From Minisyncoccota bacterium (GTDB taxonomy: Bacteria; Patescibacteriota; Minisyncoccia; Phycocordibacterales; GWA1-40-21): a stretch of 57,064 nucleotides of DNA. The notes beneath the pieces are model-generated. The model did no database searches and was not told the origin of the DNA. It saw only the letters and a program-made list of their open reading frames with translations. Below, one piece after another: positions 33,709-42,512 of this stretch (position 1 is the first letter of the stretch; every line of letters starts with the position of its first letter). Made by a program: the position numbers and the translations under genes. Location of the stretch: NCBI GenBank assembly GCA_036171775.1, contig JAVHRR010000003.1:1-57064 (forward strand). Direction: 5' to 3'.

Positions 33709-36222
33709 TTAGTAAGAAGTACTTGCTGGTGTAGATATTTGCAACACTTTAGTCAAATCTATCGGACAAATAAGAGAATTGTATATGTTTTGTACACCAG
33801 TAAACCAAGTTTTGATGTTTGAAACGGTTTTTGCTTGGACATCTATGTTGAATGAAGTTGAATTTACCTGAATCATCGCATCTTTTACTGCAGATATTGT
33901 ACTTGCAGCAGTAACAGCGCTTGCGGCTTTATTTAATATTAGGATATCTGCATTAGATTTATCCAAACCAAGCTGTAGTATCTTTAAGTTCCAAGGAATT
34001 GAAGCCAAAGTTCTTTCTGAGCTTGGTACTCCATCTATATTTGTAATAACATTTGCTCTTATAAGAAGAGATCTTAATGTTGCGTCATTTCTATTGTAAT
34101 TCATATTACAAACACTCGTTGAAGCAAAAACATTTCTACCCTGAGTAATCATATTTTGAGCAATTTTGTAATTGTTCTGATATGTAAGCTCGGATTTTAG
34201 CAAAGATCTTATAAGAGTATTTGCATTATTTTTGGCTTGACCAAGTGCATCAAATCCACCTCCAGAAACTGTTCCAGTAGTAGGAGCGGTAACATTATAT
34301 GTCCATGTGTTAGAAGTATTTGAATTATAACTCCACAAACTTGATGAATAAGGATTGTAAGTCCAAGCCGTTGGGAAGCCAGCGTTGTATTCCCATGATT
34401 TTGAAGTGGAATTGTAGCTCCATGGGGAAGAAGCGGAGCTAGGACCATAAACCCAAGGTGTATTTGTAGGCGAGGTTGGACTGTAATCATTAGGTGTCAA
34501 TTTTGAATTTACATCAAACACCCAAGGAGCATCAACAGCGTATGGAGCAGTTGAATTGCCAGGGTTGAAATTCCAAGTAGAAATCTTTTCAGCATTGTAT
34601 ACCCATGATTTTGTAGCCGCATCATAAGTCCATGGAGAAGATGTAGAGCTAGGGCCATAAATCCAAGGAGTATTGGTAGGAGAACTTAAATTATAATCCC
34701 ATGGTGTCAATTTAGAATTTGGATCATAAGTCCATGGCTCGGTATTTGTGTAAGGTGCCGTTGGATTTACTGGATTGTATGTCCATGGAGAAGAAGTGGA
34801 GTTTGGACCATATACCCATGCTGTAGCTATAGAAGAACCAGGATTATAATTCCAAGGAGTAAGTGAAGATGTCGGATCAAAAACCCAGGGAGTTGAAGGA
34901 GAATATGGTGCAGGAACATAAGAAGTGAATGAAGAGTTCCAGTCCCAATTTGTAGATCCGTATTTTATGGTTGGAAGGGTTGGAAGAGTAATTTTTGGAA
35001 AAGTTGTTGTTGGGTTACTCCAGTCTGTGTTATTCCAAGTTGCTTGTTCGTTATATATAGATGATAAGTCTGTGTTGGCATTATACATGGCCCCTGTCCA
35101 TGCTTCATCTAGAGAAGAAGTGTAAGCTGCATGGTCAGCAGGATTATTATCTAGCACACCTTTTTTTAGGTTATTTAATACTGTAGTCATTAATGCGTTT
35201 AGTACAGCATCTATACCATCAGACAAAGAAGCGCTCAGGGTTCCTTGTTTTATGCTCGTAACGGATTGCTCAGTGAGCATGCCGGTAATGGTGGAACCAG
35301 GAGTTTTTACAACACAGTTTTGTTTAGAAGTTATACCATCTTGATCAATTTGTTCTCTTGTAAATGGATATGGCGGTCTACTCCCAGGAGTGTCTGTATA
35401 TTCTGGAGATTTATCACCAGTCGGATTACCACTTGCATCATAATATGTATCTACACACCTGGTAAAAGTAAGTGCACCTTGACCAAAGTCCAACAATTTT
35501 AATTTTTCACCTGAGGCGGTAACGATACTGGCGTCTAGCTCACCTTTTGCAATAAGATATGCGCCGTTAGCAGTATTTTCAGGGCGAATAGTGTTTACAA
35601 GCCAAGCATTCCAACCTCCCCTGCTATTAAAATCGCTTCCATTTCTACTAAGTACGTTTATACCACCCAGAGAAACATTGGCGGTATCTACGGCGGTATT
35701 AAAGTTTCGTCCTATTGTACTGAGAGTACAACCAATTTTTTGTTTCAAACCAGCACCATAACCTAGTTGAAGCGCAAGCTTCACTTGAAGTTGGAAAGGC
35801 TCACAAAGAAAGTTTAGTCCATTGTCTGCAAAAAACTCTCCGAAGGCTTGGTCACCAACACCACCTGGACCTGTTAGGAACTTACCTATATTACTTACGT
35901 ATGCAGGATTACCATTCATACCACCTTTTATCCAAGACACAGTTGCTTGTGTTACATTATCTATAAATTTCTTTGCCAACATTCTTGCAGTGACTTTTGC
36001 ACTAGCCACAGCGAGCACTTGCAATTTATCCCATACTGTTTTTCCAACAGTTGCTGATGTGTGTGCCGGGTCGGTAACGAGTTGAGGTTTAACTGCATTT
36101 AGTAGAGAGTCAACTAGGGCACTTGTTATTTGGGGAGCAGAAAAAAACATCGAACTAAATAATAAAGCAAAAATAATTAGTATCAGCGGTATCTTTTGTA
36201 TGTGATTTTTTTGAAAATTCAT
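33709..36222 (-). CDS. large secreted protein with a Trp/Tyr/Asn/Pro/Ser-rich tandem-repeat region
   Basis: 837 aa with a signal/anchor (IPLILIIFALLFSSMFFSA). Residues ~395-645 carry about 20 PW[TVI]Y[ND]-type motifs arranged in a higher-order repeat of about 60 aa. Confidence 0.6.
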   Translation of the reverse strand: MNFQKNHIQKIPLILIIFALLFSSMFFSAPQITSALVDSLLNAVKPQLVTDPAHTSATVGKTVWDKLQVLAVASAKVTARMLAKKFIDNVTQATVSWIKGGMNGNPAYVSNIGKFLTGPGGVGDQAFGEFFADNGLNFLCEPFQLQVKLALQLGYGAGLKQKIGCTLSTIGRNFNTAVDTANVSLGGINVLSRNGSDFNSRGGWNAWLVNTIRPENTANGAYLIAKGELDASIVTASGEKLKLLDFGQGALTFTRCVDTYYDASGNPTGDKSPEYTDTPGSRPPYPFTREQIDQDGITSKQNCVVKTPGSTITGMLTEQSVTSIKQGTLSASLSDGIDAVLNALMTTVLNNLKKGVLDNNPADHAAYTSSLDEAWTGAMYNANTDLSSIYNEQATWNNTDWSNPTTTFPKITLPTLPTIKYGSTNWDWNSSFTSYVPAPYSPSTPWVFDPTSSLTPWNYNPGSSIATAWVYGPNSTSSPWTYNPVNPTAPYTNTEPWTYDPNSKLTPWDYNLSSPTNTPWIYGPSSTSSPWTYDAATKSWVYNAEKISTWNFNPGNSTAPYAVDAPWVFDVNSKLTPNDYSPTSPTNTPWVYGPSSASSPWSYNSTSKSWEYNAGFPTAWTYNPYSSSLWSYNSNTSNTWTYNVTAPTTGTVSGGGFDALGQAKNNANTLIRSLLKSELTYQNNYKIAQNMITQGRNVFASTSVCNMNYNRNDATLRSLLIRANVITNIDGVPSSERTLASIPWNLKILQLGLDKSNADILILNKAASAVTAASTISAVKDAMIQVNSTSFNIDVQAKTVSNIKTWFTGVQNIYNSLICPIDLTKVLQISTPASTSY

Positions 36223-36283
36223 TTTTTTTGTTTATTTGAAATCAAATCTCTTCTGTAGAGTCATTCTTACTTTTATTATATAA

Positions 36284-37261
36284 CTATCTTTGTATATTTA
36301 AAACACCATCAATTACAGATAAATTTGAAAGAAGGGTTTGAGTAGTATCATTGTATAATGTTAAGTTCGAAAAAAGTCCCAATGAATCTGGGCCAGAATT
36401 TACTATATCTTTCTCGATAGCTATTATTATTTCTAAATCATTTATAACCGATAAATGATAATTTATATCATAATAACCTATTGCAACGGGAACTGGCATT
36501 TTTATTAGGTTATTTACTATTGCTTGATACTTATCAATAAATTTTAAAATTTCTGTTTTTGCTGTTGCGCTACCGTCAATAAATGAATTGATTGCGTTTA
36601 AATCAGCCCCTATTATATTTGGAAGCTTACCTGTTTCCATGGAGTAGCTTCTTACATAATCAGTCATATTCTTATTTAAGTTTGTGTTGTCAGTCTTCAA
36701 CAAGTTCAAATCGGTACTTTTTGTTATTCCAGAATAGGCTCTGTTTGGTATTTCGCCCATGGCTTTTGAAATAACTAAATCTTGGCTACTTTGGTCCATA
36801 GTGCCACCCACTGGCTGAGAAGCAATAATATTAGACATCAAATTTCGTGAAAATTTTTCTATTTCATTTAATCTCTCGTATTCTTCTAGGGCTTTTTTAT
36901 TTTCTTCTATAATCGCTAGATCTATTTTGTCATTTGGCTCACCATTAGAAGTAGTGTTTGCTTTTAATGGATCTCTGTTTAAAGAAATTTCGTCGAAGTC
37001 AGATGTTCCGTCTCCATCAGTGTCTGTTTTTTTTGGGTCAGTACCATAAAGGCCTTCTTTCCAGTCTGGAAGACCGTCTTTATCAGAATCTATATTTATA
37101 AATGCAGGAACAGTGTCTGTAGCAGAAGCCAAATCATTATTTATATATTTTGTAGTACTTGGTTTCCAGTAGTTGAGCAGTATTGTCAAAAGAACAATTA
37201 CAATGGCTATAGCCAACGCATATAAAAAATTATTAGACGGAAAATATTTTCTATCTATCAT
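36284..37261 (-). CDS. membrane-anchored protein with thrombospondin type 3-like Ca-binding repeats; first gene of the locus
   Basis: 325 aa with an N-terminal TM and DSDKDGLPDWKEGLYGTDPKKTDTDGDGTSDFDE repeats. Confidence 0.55.
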   Translation of the reverse strand: MIDRKYFPSNNFLYALAIAIVIVLLTILLNYWKPSTTKYINNDLASATDTVPAFINIDSDKDGLPDWKEGLYGTDPKKTDTDGDGTSDFDEISLNRDPLKANTTSNGEPNDKIDLAIIEENKKALEEYERLNEIEKFSRNLMSNIIASQPVGGTMDQSSQDLVISKAMGEIPNRAYSGITKSTDLNLLKTDNTNLNKNMTDYVRSYSMETGKLPNIIGADLNAINSFIDGSATAKTEILKFIDKYQAIVNNLIKMPVPVAIGYYDINYHLSVINDLEIIIAIEKDIVNSGPDSLGLFSNLTLYNDTTQTLLSNLSVIDGVLNIQR

Positions 37262-37329
37262 GTTTGTGAATTATATCACATTTATTATTACTATTACTAG
37301 TAAAATATTAAAAAATAATACCAAATAGT

Positions 37330-38124
37330 TTATAACGACAACCTTTCTACAAGATGTTTCCAATCAGCAAGCTTTAAGTCTTCAGATCTTGATTTTGCAG
37401 GTATTTTTAAGTCGAGAAACACTTTTGGCAAATCATCTGTTCCATATTTTTCCTTTAAGTTTGCAATTAACATTTTTCTTTTGTGTGCAAAACCAATTTT
37501 TATCACTTCAAAAAACATTTCTTCCGTGATTTCTTGAAAAAAGTCTTTAGATATATTATCTATAAGCAAAATGGCAGAATCTACTTTTGGTTTTGGACTA
37601 AAATTTTCTTTGTCCACTTTCATTATCTTTTTTGCTATTCCATAAGCCTTCACACTAAGAGAAAGCAGACTTTCTTTTTCGTCACGGGCAATTATCCTGT
37701 CTGCAATTTCTTTTTGCACCATAATTACAAGTTTAGATGGCTGAATATGGCCAGACAAGAATTTTCTAAAAATTAGGCCTGTTATATAGTATGGAATGTT
37801 TGCTATCAGCTTATATTCTCCAGTTTTTAGGTTATTCCAAGCTAGGTCCAACTCTAAAATATCGCCATGAATAAGGTTAAATTTGCCACTTTCAACCTCT
37901 TTTGAGAACTTCTCATTTAGTAAGGCAATAAGACGGTCATCCTTTTCCACGGCCAAGACTTTTGAACCAGTTTCTAGTAGCTTTTCTGTAAGGGCGCCTT
38001 GTCCAGGACCAATTTCAAGAACCAAATCTTTTTCATTGATGTCCCCCGCTTTGATCATGGCCAAAAGAGCCGTTTTAGACTTTAAAAAGTTCTGCCCCAA
38101 TGATTTTTTTGCATGTATTTCCAT
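37330..38124 (-). CDS. rsmA: 16S rRNA (adenine1518/1519-N6)-dimethyltransferase
   Basis: KSLGQNFL and the SAM-binding EIGPGQGALT motif, with a PYYIT motif. Confidence 0.9.
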   Translation of the reverse strand: MEIHAKKSLGQNFLKSKTALLAMIKAGDINEKDLVLEIGPGQGALTEKLLETGSKVLAVEKDDRLIALLNEKFSKEVESGKFNLIHGDILELDLAWNNLKTGEYKLIANIPYYITGLIFRKFLSGHIQPSKLVIMVQKEIADRIIARDEKESLLSLSVKAYGIAKKIMKVDKENFSPKPKVDSAILLIDNISKDFFQEITEEMFFEVIKIGFAHKRKMLIANLKEKYGTDDLPKVFLDLKIPAKSRSEDLKLADWKHLVERLSL

Positions 38125-38142
38125 ATTTAAAACACAGGTAGA

Positions 38143-38703
38143 TTATTTTTTATCAACCAACTTTATACCCGTCTCATTCTCGATATATTTGGGAATTTCA
38201 TCTGCACGAATAATGTTTTTATCAGGGTATAACTTTTTAAGCTCATCTAAGATTGGATAATATGCACAGCTAATAACATATGCTCCAATATCAGAGACAA
38301 GCCCAATTTCATTCATGATATATTCTCTTTCTGTTTCTAATTTTCTTAAAAACAGTGGTTTTTTAAAATGTGAAAGTATAAAAATTCTTCCCTGGGTATA
38401 AGATCCATAACCACCGGCGAGCGGTGCGCTACTACCCTTGATTGTACTGTTATCTAATATATTAATAAAAGAAGCCAGATTCCCCAAACCAGCCCCCCTA
38501 GTGATGCCATGACCTATAAATTCTTTCTGGATTTCCTTAGGAATTAAGTCCAAAAATTTATCGATATTTGAGTTACCAAAATTTTCAAACGATGCCTCCA
38601 TTAATTCGTCGTGATATTTTTTATATAATTCTGTAGCTAGAGCAAGTGATTGTTCATACGGAACAAGGTGTTTTTCAGGTTCAATTTTAGACAAGTTTTC
38701 CAT
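38143..38703 (-). CDS. hypothetical protein
   Basis: A 186-aa ORF with good coding appearance. No family recognised. Confidence 0.5.
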   Translation of the reverse strand: MENLSKIEPEKHLVPYEQSLALATELYKKYHDELMEASFENFGNSNIDKFLDLIPKEIQKEFIGHGITRGAGLGNLASFINILDNSTIKGSSAPLAGGYGSYTQGRIFILSHFKKPLFLRKLETEREYIMNEIGLVSDIGAYVISCAYYPILDELKKLYPDKNIIRADEIPKYIENETGIKLVDKK

Positions 38704-38811
38704 TTAGAAAGCATATCACCCTACATTCAAAAAGTCTAAGTAGTAAATTGTTTTTTCACCAGCGAGCGAGGTTGTAGATTTTCAAAATATTGCGCAGACT
38801 GTCGAGCTGAG

Positions 38812-38843
38812 CATAGTAAATTTTCATCAGAAAATTATATGTG
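38812..38843 (+). repeat. family F core (AAATTTTCAnnAGAAAATTATATGTG)
   Basis: catagtaaattttcatcagaaaattatatgtg. Related cores lie at 49104-49145 (+) and 56701-56743 (-). Confidence 0.55.
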
Positions 38844-38871
38844 TTTTGAAAAGAGATAACCGAGTGAGCCT

Positions 38872-40845
38872 CTACCACTCGAGGTAAACAATCTTCTCTC
38901 TGTATTCAAAATTTTCTTCCTCAAGATGTCCGTTATCAAACTCACCAAGAAATATTGAAGGAAGATTCATTTGCTGAGAACCATAAATCGTTCTCATTTC
39001 CGCATATGTTAATAATAGCTTAATTCTTGCGCGAGTCAAAGCCACATAAAACAATCTTCTCTCCTCTTCCATTTCTTCTGGTGTTTTTGATTCAGTCCCC
39101 ATTCCTTGATGTGGAAATAAATCTTGTTCAAGTCCTGTAATAAAAACGTAATCAAACTCCAAACCTTTCGATGCGTGCACGGTCATAAGCTTTACTGCAT
39201 TTTCATTTTTCTCAAGTGTGTCTTGATCTGAGGCCAATGAAGATTCCTCCAAAAGTTTTTCTATACCTTCTGGTTTTGAAAGATGATCATATTTAATCGC
39301 AAGAGTTGCAAGCTCACGCATGTTTTCTAATCTTTCTTTGTCTTCATCATTCCCTCTTTGCAGTTCGAGCTCAAGTCCGGATTCTTTTATAATATATTTT
39401 ATAACTTCAGAAGGTTTAAGTTTTTCTGTTTCATTTTTTATTTTTGCAAGTAAGTTGAAAAAAGTATTTACCTTTTCTTTAATTCCTTCAGGAAGTTTTT
39501 CTATCCCTACCTCTCTCCCTGCGGGAGATCCATCTAACGACGAAAAGATTTTTAAAATAGTTACTTTACCTATTCCCCTCGCAGGAACATTTATAATTCT
39601 TTTTAAATCGCTCAAACTTTCAGGATTTAAGCTGGCTCGAAGAAAAGCCAAAACATCTTTTACCTCCTTTCTATCGAAAAATTTTGTACCCAAAACTTGG
39701 TACGGAACATTCTCAGTCAAAAAAGCCTCTTCTAGCACACGAGACTGAAAGTTAGCCCTATAAAGCACGGCTATTTCACGAGCGCTAACACCTTTTGATA
39801 TCAATTCTTGTGACTTTCTGGCTATAAATCTTGCCTCTTCCATCTCGTTTAAGGCTTTCAAAAACGAAACCTTTTCTCCGACAATATTTTTTGTGAAAAG
39901 GTTTTTCTCCCTTCTTAATTTGTTCTTTTTTATAACTTCATTCGCAACAGATAATATGGTTTGGGTTGAACGATAATTTTCTTCTAGCAAGATTACTTTT
40001 GCCTCAGGATAATCTTCTTCAAAACTTAAAATATTTTGTATATCAGCACCTCTCCAACTATAAATACTTTGATCTATGTCACCCACAACACAAATATTTC
40101 TATTTTTCTCAGCAAGAAGTTTTGCTGTCATGTATTGAACTTTATTTGTGTCTTGATATTCATCAATGTGAATATATTTCCAAAGATTTTGATATTTTTC
40201 TAAAACATCTTTGTGATTTTTTAAAATATTATATGTTTTAAGAAGAAGGTCATCAAAATCCAAAGCTTTTTCTTTCGCAAGCTTTTGTTCATACAATGGC
40301 CAAACTTTTGCGGTGACAGATTTTAAAGTGTATCCACCTTCTGCACCAACAGAATAATTTTCCGGAGTGTTTAAGTCTCCCTTTTCACGAGATATTATAT
40401 TTAAAATTTTGTTTGGCTCAAATTGTTTTGGGTCTATGTCTAAATTTTTCAAACACTCTTTTACAAGCTTAGAAGAGTCACTCCTATCCATAATGCTGAA
40501 GTTTTTTATAAGACCTATCAAACCACTATTTTCTTTTATAATGCTAACACCAAGAGAGTGAAACGTACTTATAAAAGGTTTGTAATGATAGCTAAGCGGT
40601 ATGTTTAGAGTCTTGTCTTCTGCAATAATTTTCTCTACCCTCTCTCTCATCTCCTTTGAAGCCTTGTTTGTAAAAGTTATAGCCAGAATATTTTCTGGAT
40701 GAACTCCATTTTTGATCAAATGTAAGATCCTATGTGCCAAAGTTTTGGTTTTTCCAGCCCCAGCCCCAGCTATTATCAAAATGGGTCCGTCTTTTTGTAA
40801 AACGGCCTCTTTTTGTCTATCGTTTAGTCCTAAAAGGTGGGTCAT
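38872..40845 (-). CDS. pcrA: UvrD/PcrA family ATP-dependent DNA helicase
   Basis: Walker A AGAGAGKT, motif II HIDEYQDT and further SF1 helicase motifs (VGDIDQSIYSWRGA, TVHASKGLEF). Confidence 0.9.
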   Translation of the reverse strand: MTHLLGLNDRQKEAVLQKDGPILIIAGAGAGKTKTLAHRILHLIKNGVHPENILAITFTNKASKEMRERVEKIIAEDKTLNIPLSYHYKPFISTFHSLGVSIIKENSGLIGLIKNFSIMDRSDSSKLVKECLKNLDIDPKQFEPNKILNIISREKGDLNTPENYSVGAEGGYTLKSVTAKVWPLYEQKLAKEKALDFDDLLLKTYNILKNHKDVLEKYQNLWKYIHIDEYQDTNKVQYMTAKLLAEKNRNICVVGDIDQSIYSWRGADIQNILSFEEDYPEAKVILLEENYRSTQTILSVANEVIKKNKLRREKNLFTKNIVGEKVSFLKALNEMEEARFIARKSQELISKGVSAREIAVLYRANFQSRVLEEAFLTENVPYQVLGTKFFDRKEVKDVLAFLRASLNPESLSDLKRIINVPARGIGKVTILKIFSSLDGSPAGREVGIEKLPEGIKEKVNTFFNLLAKIKNETEKLKPSEVIKYIIKESGLELELQRGNDEDKERLENMRELATLAIKYDHLSKPEGIEKLLEESSLASDQDTLEKNENAVKLMTVHASKGLEFDYVFITGLEQDLFPHQGMGTESKTPEEMEEERRLFYVALTRARIKLLLTYAEMRTIYGSQQMNLPSIFLGEFDNGHLEEENFEYREKIVYLEW

Positions 40846-40848
40846 TGG

Positions 40849-40996
40849 ATAAACCCGTTAAAGTTTTTGCTAATATTGTTATTGAAAATGCTCATATAAC
40901 ACATCATATACTTAAAAAGGTTTATAACCAAATTTAGGAGTATATTTATCCAGTAAACAACAACATTTTCGTTAGCAAAAATTTTTCTCGGGTAAA
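40849..40996 (+). mobile_element. family E MITE-like unit
   Basis: ataaacccgttaaagtttttgctaa ... ttagcaaaaatttttctcgggtaaa. The conserved terminus begins 5 nt beyond the helicase ATG (40843-40845). Confidence 0.65.
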
Positions 40997-41215
40997 TATA
41001 ACATAACTATGTAGTATGAAGTAATTTTTCAGTAGTTTTTTTAAAAAACCTAATATTTACAACGAATTTTTACAAGCCAGTAACCGTCAAAATGTCTTTT
41101 TTCGGAAAGATATCAACTAGTAATAAACATTTTGGGTGTGGATAAGTAGGTTGACTACCACCCCCCAAGTAGTATCATTAATCTTGCACCGTGAACGACG
41201 TTTGAATTCTGAAAT

Positions 41216-42385
41216 ATGGCTCAACAGAGCCAGTTGCATTCAGAAGCTACCGAAATACCCTTAAAAAATCGGCTTATTTTAGAAAAAATTACTATAAATG
41301 ACTCTAAGAGTGGAACAAACACCAAGGGTCAATCAATAAAATCTATATTTTTAGCCATTTATACCAAATGGTTTTTGGTTTTTTTGTTTGTTTTTAATAT
41401 GATTTCTATGTTTCCAGCTACCGCAAACGCTGGATTCTTTTCTTTTTTATTTTCTGGCGGTACAACTTCAACTTCTGAAGTTCAAAACCAAGATACAAAT
41501 TCACAAAATGTTCAACTTCTTACTAGCACCCCAAACTTTGATTCTAATGCAGCAGTCGGAGGTGGAGACATTATGATAACAGATGATAACGAAGCTTTAG
41601 TATCAGAAAGTGGTCCATCAGGAACACTTGCAGACATTAGCGATACTGTTAGCACTGGTCAGATTAGTAAATATACCGTAAGAAAGGGAGATAGTTTGGC
41701 GTCCATTGCAAAAATGTATGGAGTTACTCCAAATACAATCATTTGGGCCAACAATGTTACCGCTTCAAGCATAAAAGAAGGTCAATCTTTGGTTATTTTG
41801 CCAGTTTCTGGAACACTTCACACTGTTGCCAAGGGTGACACATTACAATCGATTGCTAAAAAGTACAAAGCAGACTCAGGAGAAATTTCTCAATTTAACG
41901 ATTTAAATTCAGAATCTGAATTGGCGATTGGAGACATCATAGTAATACCTGACGGTGAAGGAGTTGTAAAAGCAAGTGCATCAAAAAAGTCTTTTGCAAA
42001 AAATACATTAAAATCTGGATTTAGTGGACCTGAATATGCCGGTTATTATATAAGACCTTTAATTGGAGGACATAAAACTCAAGGTTTACACGGATACAAT
42101 TCAGTTGACTATGGAACACCAGTCGGAACGACATTATACGCAGCAGCATTTGGTCAGGTCATAATTGCTAAAAACTCAGGATATAACGGGGGCTATGGAA
42201 AGTATGTGGTTATTTCACACGACAATGGAACACAAACTGTTTACGGACACATGAGCCAAGTGATTGTGAATGCCGGTGATATCGTTGGCCAAGGACAAAT
42301 GATTGGACTTTCTGGTAACACAGGCCATTCTACAGGGCCACACTTGCACTTCGAGGTGCGCGGAGCTAAGAATTATATGAACTAG
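41216..42385 (+). CDS. LysM-domain M23 family metallopeptidase
   Basis: An N-terminal TM, two LysM repeats (YTVRKGDSLASIAKMYG and HTVAKGDTLQSIAKKY) and M23 motifs HGYNSVDYG and GHSTGPHLHFEVR. Confidence 0.9.
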   Translation: MAQQSQLHSEATEIPLKNRLILEKITINDSKSGTNTKGQSIKSIFLAIYTKWFLVFLFVFNMISMFPATANAGFFSFLFSGGTTSTSEVQNQDTNSQNVQLLTSTPNFDSNAAVGGGDIMITDDNEALVSESGPSGTLADISDTVSTGQISKYTVRKGDSLASIAKMYGVTPNTIIWANNVTASSIKEGQSLVILPVSGTLHTVAKGDTLQSIAKKYKADSGEISQFNDLNSESELAIGDIIVIPDGEGVVKASASKKSFAKNTLKSGFSGPEYAGYYIRPLIGGHKTQGLHGYNSVDYGTPVGTTLYAAAFGQVIIAKNSGYNGGYGKYVVISHDNGTQTVYGHMSQVIVNAGDIVGQGQMIGLSGNTGHSTGPHLHFEVRGAKNYMN

Positions 42386-42387
42386 CT

Positions 42388-42512
42388 GGACTAGTCTAAA
42401 GTTGAAAGTCAAAAGTCTATAAAGTAAATACAAAACAAAAAGGAATTTTCACAGAGCGAAAATTCCTTTTTGTTTTTGAATTACTTTCGACTTTATGGAC
42501 TTTACAGACTTT
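42388..42512. repeat. family C palindrome enclosing a bidirectional terminator
   Basis: The arms ggactagtctaaagttgaaagtcaaaagtctataaagt and ctttcgactttatggactttacagacttt flank the hairpin acaaaaaggaattttc / gaaaattcctttttgt (42435-42473). Confidence 0.7.

Noticed and set aside
39320-39748. Long antisense ORFs inside the helicase, comM, DksA-like, xerC and VirB6-like genes (39320-39748, 43330-43803, 44230-44649, 52080-52445, 31346-31711, 30635-31030).
   Set aside because: Each lies fully within a well-supported gene on the opposite strand and has a Ser/Phe/Leu-rich composition typical of antisense frames of AT-rich genes.
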